From Parcubacteria group bacterium (GTDB taxonomy: Bacteria; Patescibacteriota; Minisyncoccia; UBA6257; UBA11618), in contig CALQZH010000002.1 in the NCBI GenBank assembly GCA_943349395.1, forward strand, positions 25,745 to 84,408: a stretch of DNA of 58,664 nt, given 5' to 3'. The stretch's first letter is position 1. Each line of letters opens with the position of its first letter. The notes beneath the pieces were generated by a model. That model saw only the letters and a program-made list of their open reading frames with translations, was not told the DNA's origin and made no database searches. The translations under genes were made by a program, and so were the position numbers. Of the stretch, positions 8,353-16,595 are shown piece after piece.

Positions 8353-9903
8353 ATGAAAGGAATTATATACACCAGAGTCTCGAGCGAGGAACAGATTAAG
8401 GGGACTTCGCTCGACGATCAAGAGGCGCGTTGCCGCAAATATTGTGACGATAGCGGCATTGATGTCCTTAAGGTATTCAGGGAAGAAGGCGCGTCGGCAA
8501 AGACCATTGACCGGAAGATATTGCTTGAAGCGATGGAATTCTGCCGGAAGAACAAGGGGAAGATTGGTGCTTTTATTGTATGGAAAGTGGATCGGTTTGC
8601 CCGTAATACGGAAGACCATTTTGCGGTACGCAAAATCCTTACGGACTACGGCGTTACCTTGCGCTCCGTAACGGAACCGATCGGCGATAATCCTGCGGAA
8701 AAGCTCTTTGAAACGATACTTGCCGGCTTCGCCCAGTTCGATAACGCCATCCGCAAGCAACGATGCTCTAATGGCATGCTGGCCCGTTTGCGGCAGGGCA
8801 TTTACCCATGGAAGCCGCCGATCGGCTACGTTGCCCTCGGAGCGAAGAAACGCGGGGAGAAGAAAACGGGGCCGGATCCGATCCACGAAGAGATATTTCC
8901 TATTTTGCAAAAAGGATTGCGTGCCTATGCGGACGGCGTTTTCACTTCTCAAATTGAATTTGCCAAAGGACTTGATACATGGGGCTTGGCGAAAATCACG
9001 GGCAAGAAAACGACCGCGGTGGTCGCGGGCAGATTACTCGGGTGCTATCTGAATTTCTATGCCGGTATATTCATCGATCCCGAAACGGGCGCGGAGATAC
9101 AGGCGCTGCACAAACCGATGCTTACGCGTGAAGAAATATATAAGATCCGGCTCGTCCGATCCGGCAAGACATGTAATAACTTCCGCAGGAACAAGTTTAA
9201 TCCCAATTTCCCGTTACGCAGGACGGCCATGTGCGCCTGTTGCGGCAAATCCCTTACGGGCAGCACCTCGCGTGGTAATGGCGGGCAGTATCCGTATTAT
9301 CATTGCTCGACTAAGGGATGTTCCATGTTCGGCAAGAGCGTAGCTAAGAAGGATATTGAGGAGAACTTTATCCGGCACTTGCAGCAAATTACGCCAAAGG
9401 ATAAATGGCTCGCGGTATTTACGGAGACGGTATTGGACGTATGGGAAGAAAAGGGCAAAAGCTTCGTGCTTGATGCGGAAGCTTACGAAAAACAGCTTAA
9501 TGCGCTCTTGAAGAAGAAAACCGCCATCCGCGATCTCCTTGAAGACGGCACGTACGACAAGGAAACGGGCAAGGAACGCCTCGCGGAGATTGAGAATCAG
9601 GTTATGGCTGCGAAGATATCCCTGAGCGAAGCGCGGATAGAGCAATTCGACATAGAGGGAGCGTTGTCGTACGCGACGAATTTCATAAAAGATCTCGGCA
9701 GGCAGTGGTTTGATCTACCAGCACAGCTCCGTCCGCGGTTTCAAAGATTGGTATTTCCGGCAGGGTTGCCCTATTCGCGTACTTCCGGATTTGGAACCGC
9801 GCAATTAGGGCTTATTTACGAGATAAATCGAACGTCTGAGGGTGATTTATCTCACGTGGTGGACCCAGCGAGAATCGAACTCGCGTCTCCTCATTGCAAA
9901 TGA
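8353..9903 (+). CDS. large serine recombinase (integrase)
   Basis: Resolvase catalytic N-terminus (GIIYTRVSSEEQIKGTSLDDQ), recombinase domain, Zn-ribbon (CACCGKSLTG...YYHCSTKGC) and a coiled-coil region. The last ~15 codons (VVDPARIELASPHCK) are the antisense of tRNA-Ala. Confidence 0.9.
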   Translation: MKGIIYTRVSSEEQIKGTSLDDQEARCRKYCDDSGIDVLKVFREEGASAKTIDRKILLEAMEFCRKNKGKIGAFIVWKVDRFARNTEDHFAVRKILTDYGVTLRSVTEPIGDNPAEKLFETILAGFAQFDNAIRKQRCSNGMLARLRQGIYPWKPPIGYVALGAKKRGEKKTGPDPIHEEIFPILQKGLRAYADGVFTSQIEFAKGLDTWGLAKITGKKTTAVVAGRLLGCYLNFYAGIFIDPETGAEIQALHKPMLTREEIYKIRLVRSGKTCNNFRRNKFNPNFPLRRTAMCACCGKSLTGSTSRGNGGQYPYYHCSTKGCSMFGKSVAKKDIEENFIRHLQQITPKDKWLAVFTETVLDVWEEKGKSFVLDAEAYEKQLNALLKKKTAIRDLLEDGTYDKETGKERLAEIENQVMAAKISLSEARIEQFDIEGALSYATNFIKDLGRQWFDLPAQLRPRFQRLVFPAGLPYSRTSGFGTAQLGLIYEINRTSEGDLSHVVDPARIELASPHCK

Positions 9904-9930
9904 GGTGTTCTGCCATTTAACTACGGGCCC
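9857..9930 (-). tRNA. tRNA-Ala (anticodon UGC), CCA encoded
   Basis: The cloverleaf was folded by hand. Anticodon arm CCTCA-TTTGCAA-TGAGG gives UGC. G3:U70 and A73 are Ala identity elements. T-arm GCGAG-TTCGATT-CTCGC. Confidence 0.9.
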
Positions 9931-10021
9931 TTTTCTCGTACTAGAGTAGCCTAAACCGACATTCTGGGCAATCGCGGATTTGCGCCCGAAAGATAATTCG
10001 CGGCATACTCGTACTACTCAT

Positions 10022-10666
10022 ATGTCTAAATTTTCCTGGGCAATCGGGGCGTGCGTCGTCGTTGCGGGGGCTTTGGTATGGTACGCCATGCGGCCGATAG
10101 CGGCGCCGAGCGCGCCGGCCGCCGAACAGGCGGCTCCTGCGGCAACGGAGACGGCGACGACGTCGGCGAGCGCGCCGTATAAGGTCCTCAACACCGATTC
10201 CGCGGCCGAATTCTCGATCGATGAGGTATTGCGCGGCAAGCCCTTCACGGCAGTCGGCACGGCGTCTGTGATAGAGGGGGACGAGACGGCGATCCGCGTG
10301 AATGCGCGCACATTCACGACCGACAGCCAGGGTCGCGACCGGATGATCGCGCGCTTCATATTGGAATCCGAGAAGCCGGAGAACGAGTTCGTCGAGTTCC
10401 GCCCAGCGGGTCTCGCGGCACTCCTCGCGGCGAACGTGGAGGCGATGCCCGTGCCGATAGAGATTATGGGCACTCTCATGATCCGGGGTGTGGCAAAGCC
10501 CGCGACCTTCCGGGGGACTATAGAGCGCAAGGGCGATATGCATCGCATCGTTGCCGAAACGAAGGCGAGCCGGGCCGATTTCGGCCTCACGATCCCGTCC
10601 GTGCCGTCCGTCGCGAGCGTCGCGGATACCGTAACGCTCAAGGCCGATATCGTATTCGGTCAATAA
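10022..10666 (+). CDS. YceI-like periplasmic/lipid-binding domain protein
   Basis: N-terminal TM/signal segment (FSWAIGACVVVAGALVWY). The YceI-like body has SAAEFSIDEVLRG...TFTTDSQGRD...GTLMIRGVAKP...ADFGLTIPS. I take the ATG at 10022. Confidence 0.7.
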   Translation: MSKFSWAIGACVVVAGALVWYAMRPIAAPSAPAAEQAAPAATETATTSASAPYKVLNTDSAAEFSIDEVLRGKPFTAVGTASVIEGDETAIRVNARTFTTDSQGRDRMIARFILESEKPENEFVEFRPAGLAALLAANVEAMPVPIEIMGTLMIRGVAKPATFRGTIERKGDMHRIVAETKASRADFGLTIPSVPSVASVADTVTLKADIVFGQ

Positions 10667-10773
10667 ATACTTGCTTTTTTAAAATATACGTGGTATTTTA
10701 ACCGCGTACGTTGAGAATGGAAGAAAGTGCCTGAAATCGGCATGAAACCTCGAGATTAGAAAGGTGGTGGAGC

Positions 10774-12624
10774 GTGGAAGAGTTCAAGGAAGCGCTGGGA
10801 GCGCTCTCGGGCGCCGCGCGATATTCGTGGGCATTCTGCCTGCGGAACAGCAAGAGAATGACGATCGCGCGTGTCGCGATCGCCGTCATGACGACGCTCG
10901 TCGCGTTCCTTACGGTACAGGCGACGGGCTGGCTCGTTAACGCGATGCAGGCTTCGGCGGATCTGTTCCGGGGAAAGGACGTGACCCGTGCGGAGATCCT
11001 CGGGAGCGGGATCGGGGGACCGGTGGCATTGCTCGTGGGGCTGCTCCTTATCGGAGTCGTTCTCGGGCGATATGCCTGGTTCTGCCGGAGCGTATGGGTC
11101 GAACTGCTCAAGTTCGGGAACTACCGGGAGCTCTATAACCATCGCGCGACACTCGACGTCGCCCGATTCCAGAGCCAGCGGTACGACGACTTGATCCGGA
11201 AGATCGAAGAGCTTCCGCATCTCTGGTCGACGAGGATCAGGTTTTCCGAGGAGATGATCGCGCTCGTCGCGACCGCTTCCTCCTTCCTGTTCTTCGGCTC
11301 ATCGCTCGTGTGGCATGCGCCGGCATACGCGCTCGTCATCGTCCTCGCAACGGTGCCGATGATGGTCGTGGAATTCCGGCTCACTGCCGTATCGTGGGCC
11401 CTATTCGAGAAGCTCGTGCCGATCCTTAAGGTCCGGAACATGCTCGAACGGCCATTCAGGGTGAAGACCGTGTTCGTGCAGGCGCTGGGATTCGACCAGA
11501 TGCCCGCGCTCCGCACGGAGATAGACGCGAACGTGGCGGAAGTCGTGCGTACGTACGACGGCTATCGCGCCGAAGCATTCAAGGCCGAGATGCGAAGCTC
11601 GTTCTGCGGGACTGTGGGCCTGTGCCTCGTGCTCGTGCACGCGGTATGGCATGCGGTCGCGCATGCGGGGGAGATCGGCACCCTGACCGTCATCTTGGCG
11701 GCCATGCGCGCGTTCCAGGGCAATCTGGAAATGATGGTCGGCCTCGTTGCCGAGCAGTGGTCGAGCGCGAAGGGCGTGATATTGATCGAGGAGGAGTATT
11801 TCGGCCTCAGCCCGGTGCTCACGACCGAAAATCCGGTGAAGCCGGAATTCCGCGGTCCGCCCCGGATAGAGTTCAAGAACGTGAGCTTCGCGTATCCCGA
11901 AACTGACGGGAAGCTCGTGTTGAGAGACATGAGCTTGGTGATAGAGCCGGGAAGCAAGGTCGCGATCGTGGGGAGGAGCGGCGCGGGGAAAACGACCATG
12001 CAATCGCTTCTCATGCGCGAGCGCGACCCTACGGAGGGGAGGATATTCGTCGACGGTGTCGAGTTGCGGCATATAGCGCCGCGGGACTGGAACAGATGCG
12101 TTTCGGCCCTGTGGCAGGAGTATGCCGTGCTCGAGCGGCAGATCGGGAAGGAGATCGCTTCGTCCCGTCTCGGCGAGCCGTACGACCATGATGCGGTCGT
12201 CGCGGCGGCACGATTCGCCGATTTCGAGAGCGTGGCCTTGGGCAAGCCCCAGGGCTTCGAGACGCAGATAGGCGTCGAGTTCGGAGGGTGCGAATTGTCC
12301 GGGGGCGAGAGGCAGCGGTTGGCGCTGGCTCGCGTGCGGTATCGGAACAAGCCGATAATGATCCTGGACGAGCCCGACGCGCGGCTCGACCCCAGATCCG
12401 CGGAGAAGGTGATCGACGGGGTATTCGCCCTCGCGGGCGTTACCGTGATCATGATCACGCACCATGTCTCCCGCGCCGAGCGGTGCGACCGGGTGATCGT
12501 CGTGGAGAAGGGGGAGGTGGTCGAGGTCGGGAAGCACAACGATCTCATGGAGCGGAACGGCGCATACGCATCGATGTATGCGCTGGACAAGAAGCGCTTG
12601 GGAGGAGTCGCGGGAGCCGCATGA
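10774..12624 (+). CDS. ABC transporter, fused permease/ATPase (exporter type)
   Basis: N-terminal TM domain, Walker A (GRSGAGKTT), signature (LSGGERQRLALAR) and Walker B (IMILDEPDARLD). GTG start. Confidence 0.9.
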   Translation: MEEFKEALGALSGAARYSWAFCLRNSKRMTIARVAIAVMTTLVAFLTVQATGWLVNAMQASADLFRGKDVTRAEILGSGIGGPVALLVGLLLIGVVLGRYAWFCRSVWVELLKFGNYRELYNHRATLDVARFQSQRYDDLIRKIEELPHLWSTRIRFSEEMIALVATASSFLFFGSSLVWHAPAYALVIVLATVPMMVVEFRLTAVSWALFEKLVPILKVRNMLERPFRVKTVFVQALGFDQMPALRTEIDANVAEVVRTYDGYRAEAFKAEMRSSFCGTVGLCLVLVHAVWHAVAHAGEIGTLTVILAAMRAFQGNLEMMVGLVAEQWSSAKGVILIEEEYFGLSPVLTTENPVKPEFRGPPRIEFKNVSFAYPETDGKLVLRDMSLVIEPGSKVAIVGRSGAGKTTMQSLLMRERDPTEGRIFVDGVELRHIAPRDWNRCVSALWQEYAVLERQIGKEIASSRLGEPYDHDAVVAAARFADFESVALGKPQGFETQIGVEFGGCELSGGERQRLALARVRYRNKPIMILDEPDARLDPRSAEKVIDGVFALAGVTVIMITHHVSRAERCDRVIVVEKGEVVEVGKHNDLMERNGAYASMYALDKKRLGGVAGAA

Positions 12625-12751
12625 ATGCGAATGCGACATGCGCCGGGCATTTCCCCGGCACGCCGTCACGTCAGAAATGAACGTGGCGGTTTTTTCATGT
12701 GCCAAAAAGCCCGGCGCATGGCCGGGCTCCTTATCGTTCCCAGAGATCGGT

Positions 12752-12973
12752 CTAGTACTGGTTCGTCTGGAACGTGCTCGGCCACGTCATGCTCATATTG
12801 CTTCCGCTATCGATGCCGCGCGTCGCGTAGTAGTATAGCGTGTTCGATTGGAGGTTGTTGAGCGTTATCGTGTGGGCCATCTGCATGCCCGTGCCGTCCG
12901 TGGCGAAGACGCCGCTGATATAGGGCAAGGGCAGGTTCGGGCCGGTCTCCTCATCCGCGCGGCTCCCGGTCAC
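12752..12973 (-). pseudogene. 5'-truncated FN3/purple-acid-phosphatase-N-like domain fragment
   Basis: A 73-aa remnant ending ...HTITLNNLQSNTLYYYATRGIDSGSN...FQT. It has no signal peptide or N-terminal domain. An in-frame stop lies immediately upstream, and its own terminator follows at about 12700-12730. Confidence 0.4.
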
Positions 12974-12974
12974 C

Positions 12975-13137
12975 TACCAGAAGGCGATGCGCATGCGGTA
13001 TGTCGAAGACATGTCGTTCGCCGAGATGTCCTTGGCGACGGGGCAGACGAAAAACGCGCTCGCGGTTCAGGTGCATCGGGGCTTGGCGAAGCTGAAGATC
13101 CTCTACCATTGCGGAGCGAAAGGGACGGAGAAGGCGT
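12975..13137 (+). pseudogene. sigma-70 (ECF-type) region-4 fragment
   Basis: YQKAMRMRYVEDMSFAEMSLATGQTKNALAVQVHRGLAKLKILY is a region 4.2 HTH. Regions 2 and 3 are absent. An in-frame TAG at 12921 leaves no room for them. Confidence 0.5.
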
Positions 13138-13159
13138 AGGAGAGTGATATGATAAGAGG

Positions 13160-13438
13160 ATGCCGTTCCATCTGGCGGGCGCGGGCATCGCTCTCGCGCT
13201 CATCATCGAAGCCGCGACGCTCATGTGCCGTATGGGCTTTCGTCTGCGGAGCGCAGAAATCCAGCGTCGCCTGCACGTGCCGCGTATCCACCATTCGTAT
13301 ATAGGCGTCTTTTTGCTCGCGCTCGGTCTCATCGCGCCGCACGAGTGGCTCTTCGTGCTCGGTATCGCGTTCGTCCTGTCGGACGCCGTTCACCACGCGC
13401 TCATGGTGCCGATGATAGGGGGCGGGAGAAAGGGGTAG
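13160..13438 (+). CDS. small membrane protein (possible anti-sigma remnant partner)
   Basis: 92 aa with three hydrophobic spans. AAGAGG lies upstream of the ATG. The position downstream of the sigma fragment is the only functional hint. Confidence 0.45.
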   Translation: MPFHLAGAGIALALIIEAATLMCRMGFRLRSAEIQRRLHVPRIHHSYIGVFLLALGLIAPHEWLFVLGIAFVLSDAVHHALMVPMIGGGRKG

Positions 13439-13440
13439 AT

Positions 13441-13456
13441 GGAAGGATTCGCCTCT
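13441..13456. repeat. 16-bp direct repeat GGAAGGATTCGCCTCT (copy 1)
   Basis: Identical to 14273-14288. GGAAGGATTCG is the reverse complement of the tRNA-Ser T-loop/T-stem. Confidence 0.8.
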
Positions 13457-14272
13457 TGCCCCGCTCTATTTTTTATCTGCTCGCTTTTGCCTCTTAGCGA
13501 GATTTGATATTAAATTAGCATATATGAAAAATTCCCAAAAAGGATCGGGGATTGTTATATCGATAGTGATAATCGCGCTGTTAGTGATTGCAGGGGGCAT
13601 ATATCGCTATTCGCAACGAGATAAAGCTCAAGTGATTGAAGATGCTATCAGCATCGATTCTGATACGAGACAGCTCTTAGGCCCTGAACAGTATAAATAT
13701 AAAGAAGGGAGCAATTCATATCTTGATCTCTCCGCAGAAATTTCGAAATCAGGCGGTCTGAATCTGAAACAGCCGACCACATTCGTTACCTACGAGAATA
13801 AAGACAGGGGAATAGAGTTCTCTGTTCCTTATAATCCTGCATGGGGTTCCGCAAAATACAAAATCGCACCGTACGAATATGAAAAGGGCCTAGTTACTGA
13901 TAAAGGCGCTGATGATGAAAAAATAATCTTCGGTCCAATTCAGCCATGGGAAGGAGGTGGCTTGGCTCGTTTGCAATCCCTATCTTTCATACCTGCGCGC
14001 ACCGCCGACTCCCTTATGGAAAATACTCTTGCTGTTGTGAAAACAGAAAAGAAGAGAATTAATGGATTGGAGGTGGTAGAATTTTCCGGAGGCGAGTTTT
14101 GTGGCTATTCCTATATAGAAATTATTGGGGAAAAATACAACTATATCCTCTCTGATGGTTGTGATAATTCATATAACGCACCCGACAATCCGTCTCCTAT
14201 CGATATGAGATATTTGGAAGGATTAGTCGAAAAAATGAAATTGATCTAAGAAGGGCAAGGTCGGCCATGGTA
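13457..14272 (+). mobile_element. single-gene AT-rich cassette bracketed by the 16-bp direct repeats
   Basis: The composition is clearly lower in GC than the flanks. It holds exactly one ORF and has identical 16-mers at both ends. Confidence 0.45.
13524..14249 (+). CDS. membrane-anchored hypothetical protein (cassette gene)
   Basis: 241 aa with an N-terminal anchor (GIVISIVIIALLVIAGGIY). AT-rich codon usage unlike the neighbours. Confidence 0.7.
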   Translation: MKNSQKGSGIVISIVIIALLVIAGGIYRYSQRDKAQVIEDAISIDSDTRQLLGPEQYKYKEGSNSYLDLSAEISKSGGLNLKQPTTFVTYENKDRGIEFSVPYNPAWGSAKYKIAPYEYEKGLVTDKGADDEKIIFGPIQPWEGGGLARLQSLSFIPARTADSLMENTLAVVKTEKKRINGLEVVEFSGGEFCGYSYIEIIGEKYNYILSDGCDNSYNAPDNPSPIDMRYLEGLVEKMKLI

Positions 14273-14400
14273 GGAAGGATTCGCCTCTCCCTCTCCGCCA
14301 TTCGCCGCCTGGCGGAGGCGGATCGGTCGAGGTCGCTGTTTTCATAGTCGGCGGAACGCCTTCTTGAAAACAGGGGACCTACGGTTCGAATCCTTCTTCG
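14273..14400 (+). repeat. tRNA-convergent structured element, copy a (partner: tRNA-Ser)
   Basis: The 5' GAAGGATTCG pairs with the 3' CGAATCCTTC. The core is CGGTCGAGGTCGCTGTTTTCATAGTCGGCGGAACGCCTTCTTGAAAACAGGGGACCTACGGTTCGAATCC. It is shared with copies c and d2. Confidence 0.65.
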
Positions 14401-14409
14401 GCTCTCATC

Positions 14410-14453
14410 TAATACAAAGAGGGATGGTTCTAGAACCATCCCTCTTTGTATTA
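14410..14453. terminator. bidirectional hairpin between element a and tRNA-Ser
   Basis: taatacaaagagggatggttc/tagaaccatccctctttgtatta, a perfect palindrome ending 2 nt from the tRNA 3' end. Confidence 0.65.
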
Positions 14454-14455
14454 GG

Positions 14456-14542
14456 CGGAAGCGGAAGGATTCGAACCTTCGATACCGTTTCCGGTATACT
14501 GCATTTCGAGTGCAGCCCATTCAACCGCTCTGGCACGCTTCC
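14456..14542 (-). tRNA. tRNA-Ser (anticodon CGA), long variable arm, no encoded CCA
   Basis: Acceptor GGAAGCG/CGCTTCC. Anticodon arm CTGCA-CTCGAAA-TGCAG. Variable arm TATACCGGAAACGGTATC. T-arm GAAGG-TTCGAAT-CCTTC. Confidence 0.9.
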
Positions 14543-14565
14543 TTTGCCCTATAGTATGCGGTAAA

Positions 14566-15384
14566 ATGCTTCTAATGGCAAGAATTATCGCCGTGTGCAA
14601 TCAGAAGGGCGGGGTTGGTAAAACCACCACCGCCGTGAATGCGGCATGCTATCTCGCGCTCTATGGACGGCGCGTCCTGCTCGTCGATTTCGACCCGCAG
14701 GCGAATGCCACATCGGGCTTCGGCTCGTCTTCGCGGGCCGACGGGGGAGCGAATATTTACGAGGCGATCGCGGGGAGGAAGAATATCCACGAGATCGTGC
14801 GCACGACGGCGATTCCGGGGTGCCACTTCATCTCCGCGCATCCCTCGCTCGCGGGGGCGACGATCGAGCTTCTCGACAAGCCCGATCGCGAGAAATTCCT
14901 CAAGAAGGCGCTCGCGCAGGTCGCGCACCATTACGACTACGTGCTGATAGACCTGCCGCCCTCGGTAAGCCTGCTCACCATAAACGGCTTGATGGCCGCG
15001 GACGAGGTGTTGATTCCGGTGCAGTGCGAGTACTATGGCCTCGAGGGCTTGAGCCAGATATTGGAGACCGTCGACCTCGTGAATCATAACCTCGGGCACA
15101 ATCTCACGGTCGCGGGCGCCCTGCTCACCATGTACGACAGCAGGGAGCATCTCTCTCGCGAGGTTTCGAAGTCGCTCCGCAGGCATTTCACGGGCCATGT
15201 GTATGCGGTCGAGATCCCGCGCGCGGTCGCCTTGGCCGAGGCGCCGAGCTTCGGCAAGCCGGTATGCTTCCACGACCCGCACGGTCCCGGTGCGCGCGCC
15301 TACGAGCGGCTCGCGAAGGAAATCATAGGCCAAGAAAGCGCGAAAAATCAGAAATCAGAAATCAGAAATCCGAATTATGTATAA
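14566..15384 (+). CDS. parA: chromosome partitioning ATPase ParA/Soj
   Basis: Deviant Walker A (NQKGGVGKTTTAVN) and ParA-family body. The C-terminal tail KNQKSEIRNPNYV is encoded by a 7-nt x3 repeat. Confidence 0.9.
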   Translation: MLLMARIIAVCNQKGGVGKTTTAVNAACYLALYGRRVLLVDFDPQANATSGFGSSSRADGGANIYEAIAGRKNIHEIVRTTAIPGCHFISAHPSLAGATIELLDKPDREKFLKKALAQVAHHYDYVLIDLPPSVSLLTINGLMAADEVLIPVQCEYYGLEGLSQILETVDLVNHNLGHNLTVAGALLTMYDSREHLSREVSKSLRRHFTGHVYAVEIPRAVALAEAPSFGKPVCFHDPHGPGARAYERLAKEIIGQESAKNQKSEIRNPNYV

Positions 15385-15447
15385 GTCAGCCCTCGTTTCG
15401 TATTGCGTCCGCCAGCTGGCGGATCGTATTTCGAATTTACTATCGAT

Positions 15448-16446
15448 ATGCTAGGCAAAGGCCTCGAGTCCCTCATACCGAACAAATACGAGCCGGTCGC
15501 GGAAGCGGTGCCGGAAATCATAGTACCCCCCTCAATCGGCTCGGGGCAAGCCGCGTCGCCCTTCGCAATGCCGCCGAAGCCGGCAGTTCCCAAGGATGCG
15601 GGTGAAGCCGTATTCCATATAGAAGTCGAGAAGATCGAGCCGAATCCGCACCAGCCGCGCAAGAGCTTCGACGAGGCCCAGCTCGCGGAGCTCGCCATGT
15701 CCGTGCGCGAGTTCGGCATCATCCAGCCGCTCGTGGTGTCGAAGATCGAGCGGGAGACGCCCTATGGCACGGCGATCGGCTATCAATTGATAGCAGGGGA
15801 ACGGCGCTTGATGGCCGCGAAGCTCGCGGGCCTGCCGCGCGTGCCCGCGATCGTGCGCCGGGCGCCCGAGGAGCGCGAGAAGTTCGAGATGGCGATCGTG
15901 GAGAATATCCAGCGCGCGGATCTGAACCCCATCGACACGGCCCGTTCATACGCGAAACTCCAGGAGAAGTTCGGCCTGACCCAGCGCGAGGTCGCGGGCC
16001 GCATGGGCAAGTCCCGGGAGGCGGTGGCGAATTCGTTGCGCCTCCTGAACCTCCCGACCGAGATGCAGGACGCGATCGCCGCAAATCGCCTGAGCGAGAG
16101 CCAGGGCCGCGTGCTTTTGGCGGTCGCCGATCCGCTCCAGCAGAAATACCTCTTCGAGCAGGTGACGACGACCAATGTCTCGGTACGCGAGATGAAGAGC
16201 ACGCTCGCGCGCATGCAGGGGCCGAAGCCCGCGCCCGTGGCGCATGAGGTCGCGGCCGGGTTCGCGCGCCTCGCGGCGGATGACGAGCTCGCGCGCTTGG
16301 CGCGTCAATTGCAGGCGGCGTTGCGCGCCCCAGTACGCATCGACCGCGCGGAGGGCGGGAATAAGGTGACGATCGATTTCGTGTCCGAGGATGATCTGCG
16401 CGCTCTCATCGCGCGCATCGGGCAAGGAGAGAATCGGCCGTATTGA
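15448..16446 (+). CDS. parB: chromosome partitioning protein ParB/Spo0J
   Basis: The start MLGKGLESLIP is typical. ParB box (IQPLVVSK...YQLIAGERRLMAAKLAGL) and HTH (LTQREVAGRMGKSREAVANSLRLL). I take the internal ATG at 15448. Confidence 0.9.
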   Translation: MLGKGLESLIPNKYEPVAEAVPEIIVPPSIGSGQAASPFAMPPKPAVPKDAGEAVFHIEVEKIEPNPHQPRKSFDEAQLAELAMSVREFGIIQPLVVSKIERETPYGTAIGYQLIAGERRLMAAKLAGLPRVPAIVRRAPEEREKFEMAIVENIQRADLNPIDTARSYAKLQEKFGLTQREVAGRMGKSREAVANSLRLLNLPTEMQDAIAANRLSESQGRVLLAVADPLQQKYLFEQVTTTNVSVREMKSTLARMQGPKPAPVAHEVAAGFARLAADDELARLARQLQAALRAPVRIDRAEGGNKVTIDFVSEDDLRALIARIGQGENRPY

Positions 16447-16595
16447 CGTATTCGCGGCGCGGGAATATTGATAAGGCATGGCTCGGGAACGGTTCCCGGG
16501 GCGCATAAGTAGAACCTATCTCATAACCCCCTCGCAACGCGGTTGAGAGGATTATGGGATAGGTTCCAAGCACTTTTTCATGAAAGGGTGCGGCC

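Larger units (their letters stand above)
682..9856 (+). mobile_element. integrative element (~9.2 kb) inserted at the 3' end of tRNA-Ala(UGC)
   Basis: Base composition drops sharply. About 780-5300 is very AT-rich and 5300-9850 is intermediate, against GC-rich flanks. The cargo is a serine recombinase, PrimPol-helicase, terS-like HTH and DUF5659. The right end abuts the tRNA and the left end abuts the hairpin that normally touches a tRNA 3' end. The exact ends are not resolved. Confidence 0.7.

Noticed and set aside
9857-9930. Reading this tRNA as tRNA-Cys (GCA appears in the anticodon loop).
   Set aside because: With the 5-bp stem CCTCA/TGAGG the 7-nt loop is TTTGCAA, so positions 34-36 are UGC (Ala). 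G3:U70 and A73 agree with alanine identity.
11401-12705. Long antisense ORFs in the track. Examples: 11401..12705(-), 11562..12650(-), 14572..15333(-), 17951..19141(+), 20373..21084(+), 42118..43230(-), 52464..53426(-), 54418..55659(-), 57537..58523(-), 8179..8952(-), 21937..22896(-).
   Set aside because: They are Arg/Pro/Gly-rich shadow frames opposite well-supported genes (ABC transporter, parA, topA, dprA, metG, rpoD, DUF5667, recombinase and others). This is typical of high-GC DNA.
14273-14400. The tRNA-adjacent elements as tmRNA (or two-piece tmRNA), as intron-containing or permuted tRNA genes, or as protein-coding. The ORF track shows a recurring peptide ADYENSD(L/F)DR and an MKTATST micro-ORF on the opposite strand.
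   Set aside because: There is no GGGG...UUCGAC 5' end, no proper T-arm (the GGTTCGA is not flanked by complementary stems), no acceptor pairing ending in CCA, and the elements are too short. Several copies per 58 kb also argues against tmRNA. The peptide frame is broken by a stop in copy d (…FSRRLAGRL*). The similarity is explained by the conserved nucleotide hairpin.
15347-15374. CRISPR array or other long tandem repeat arrays anywhere in the window.
   Set aside because: The only tandem repeat seen is this 7-nt x3-4 repeat inside parA. There are no repeat-spacer arrays, and no cas, transposase or reverse-transcriptase ORFs.
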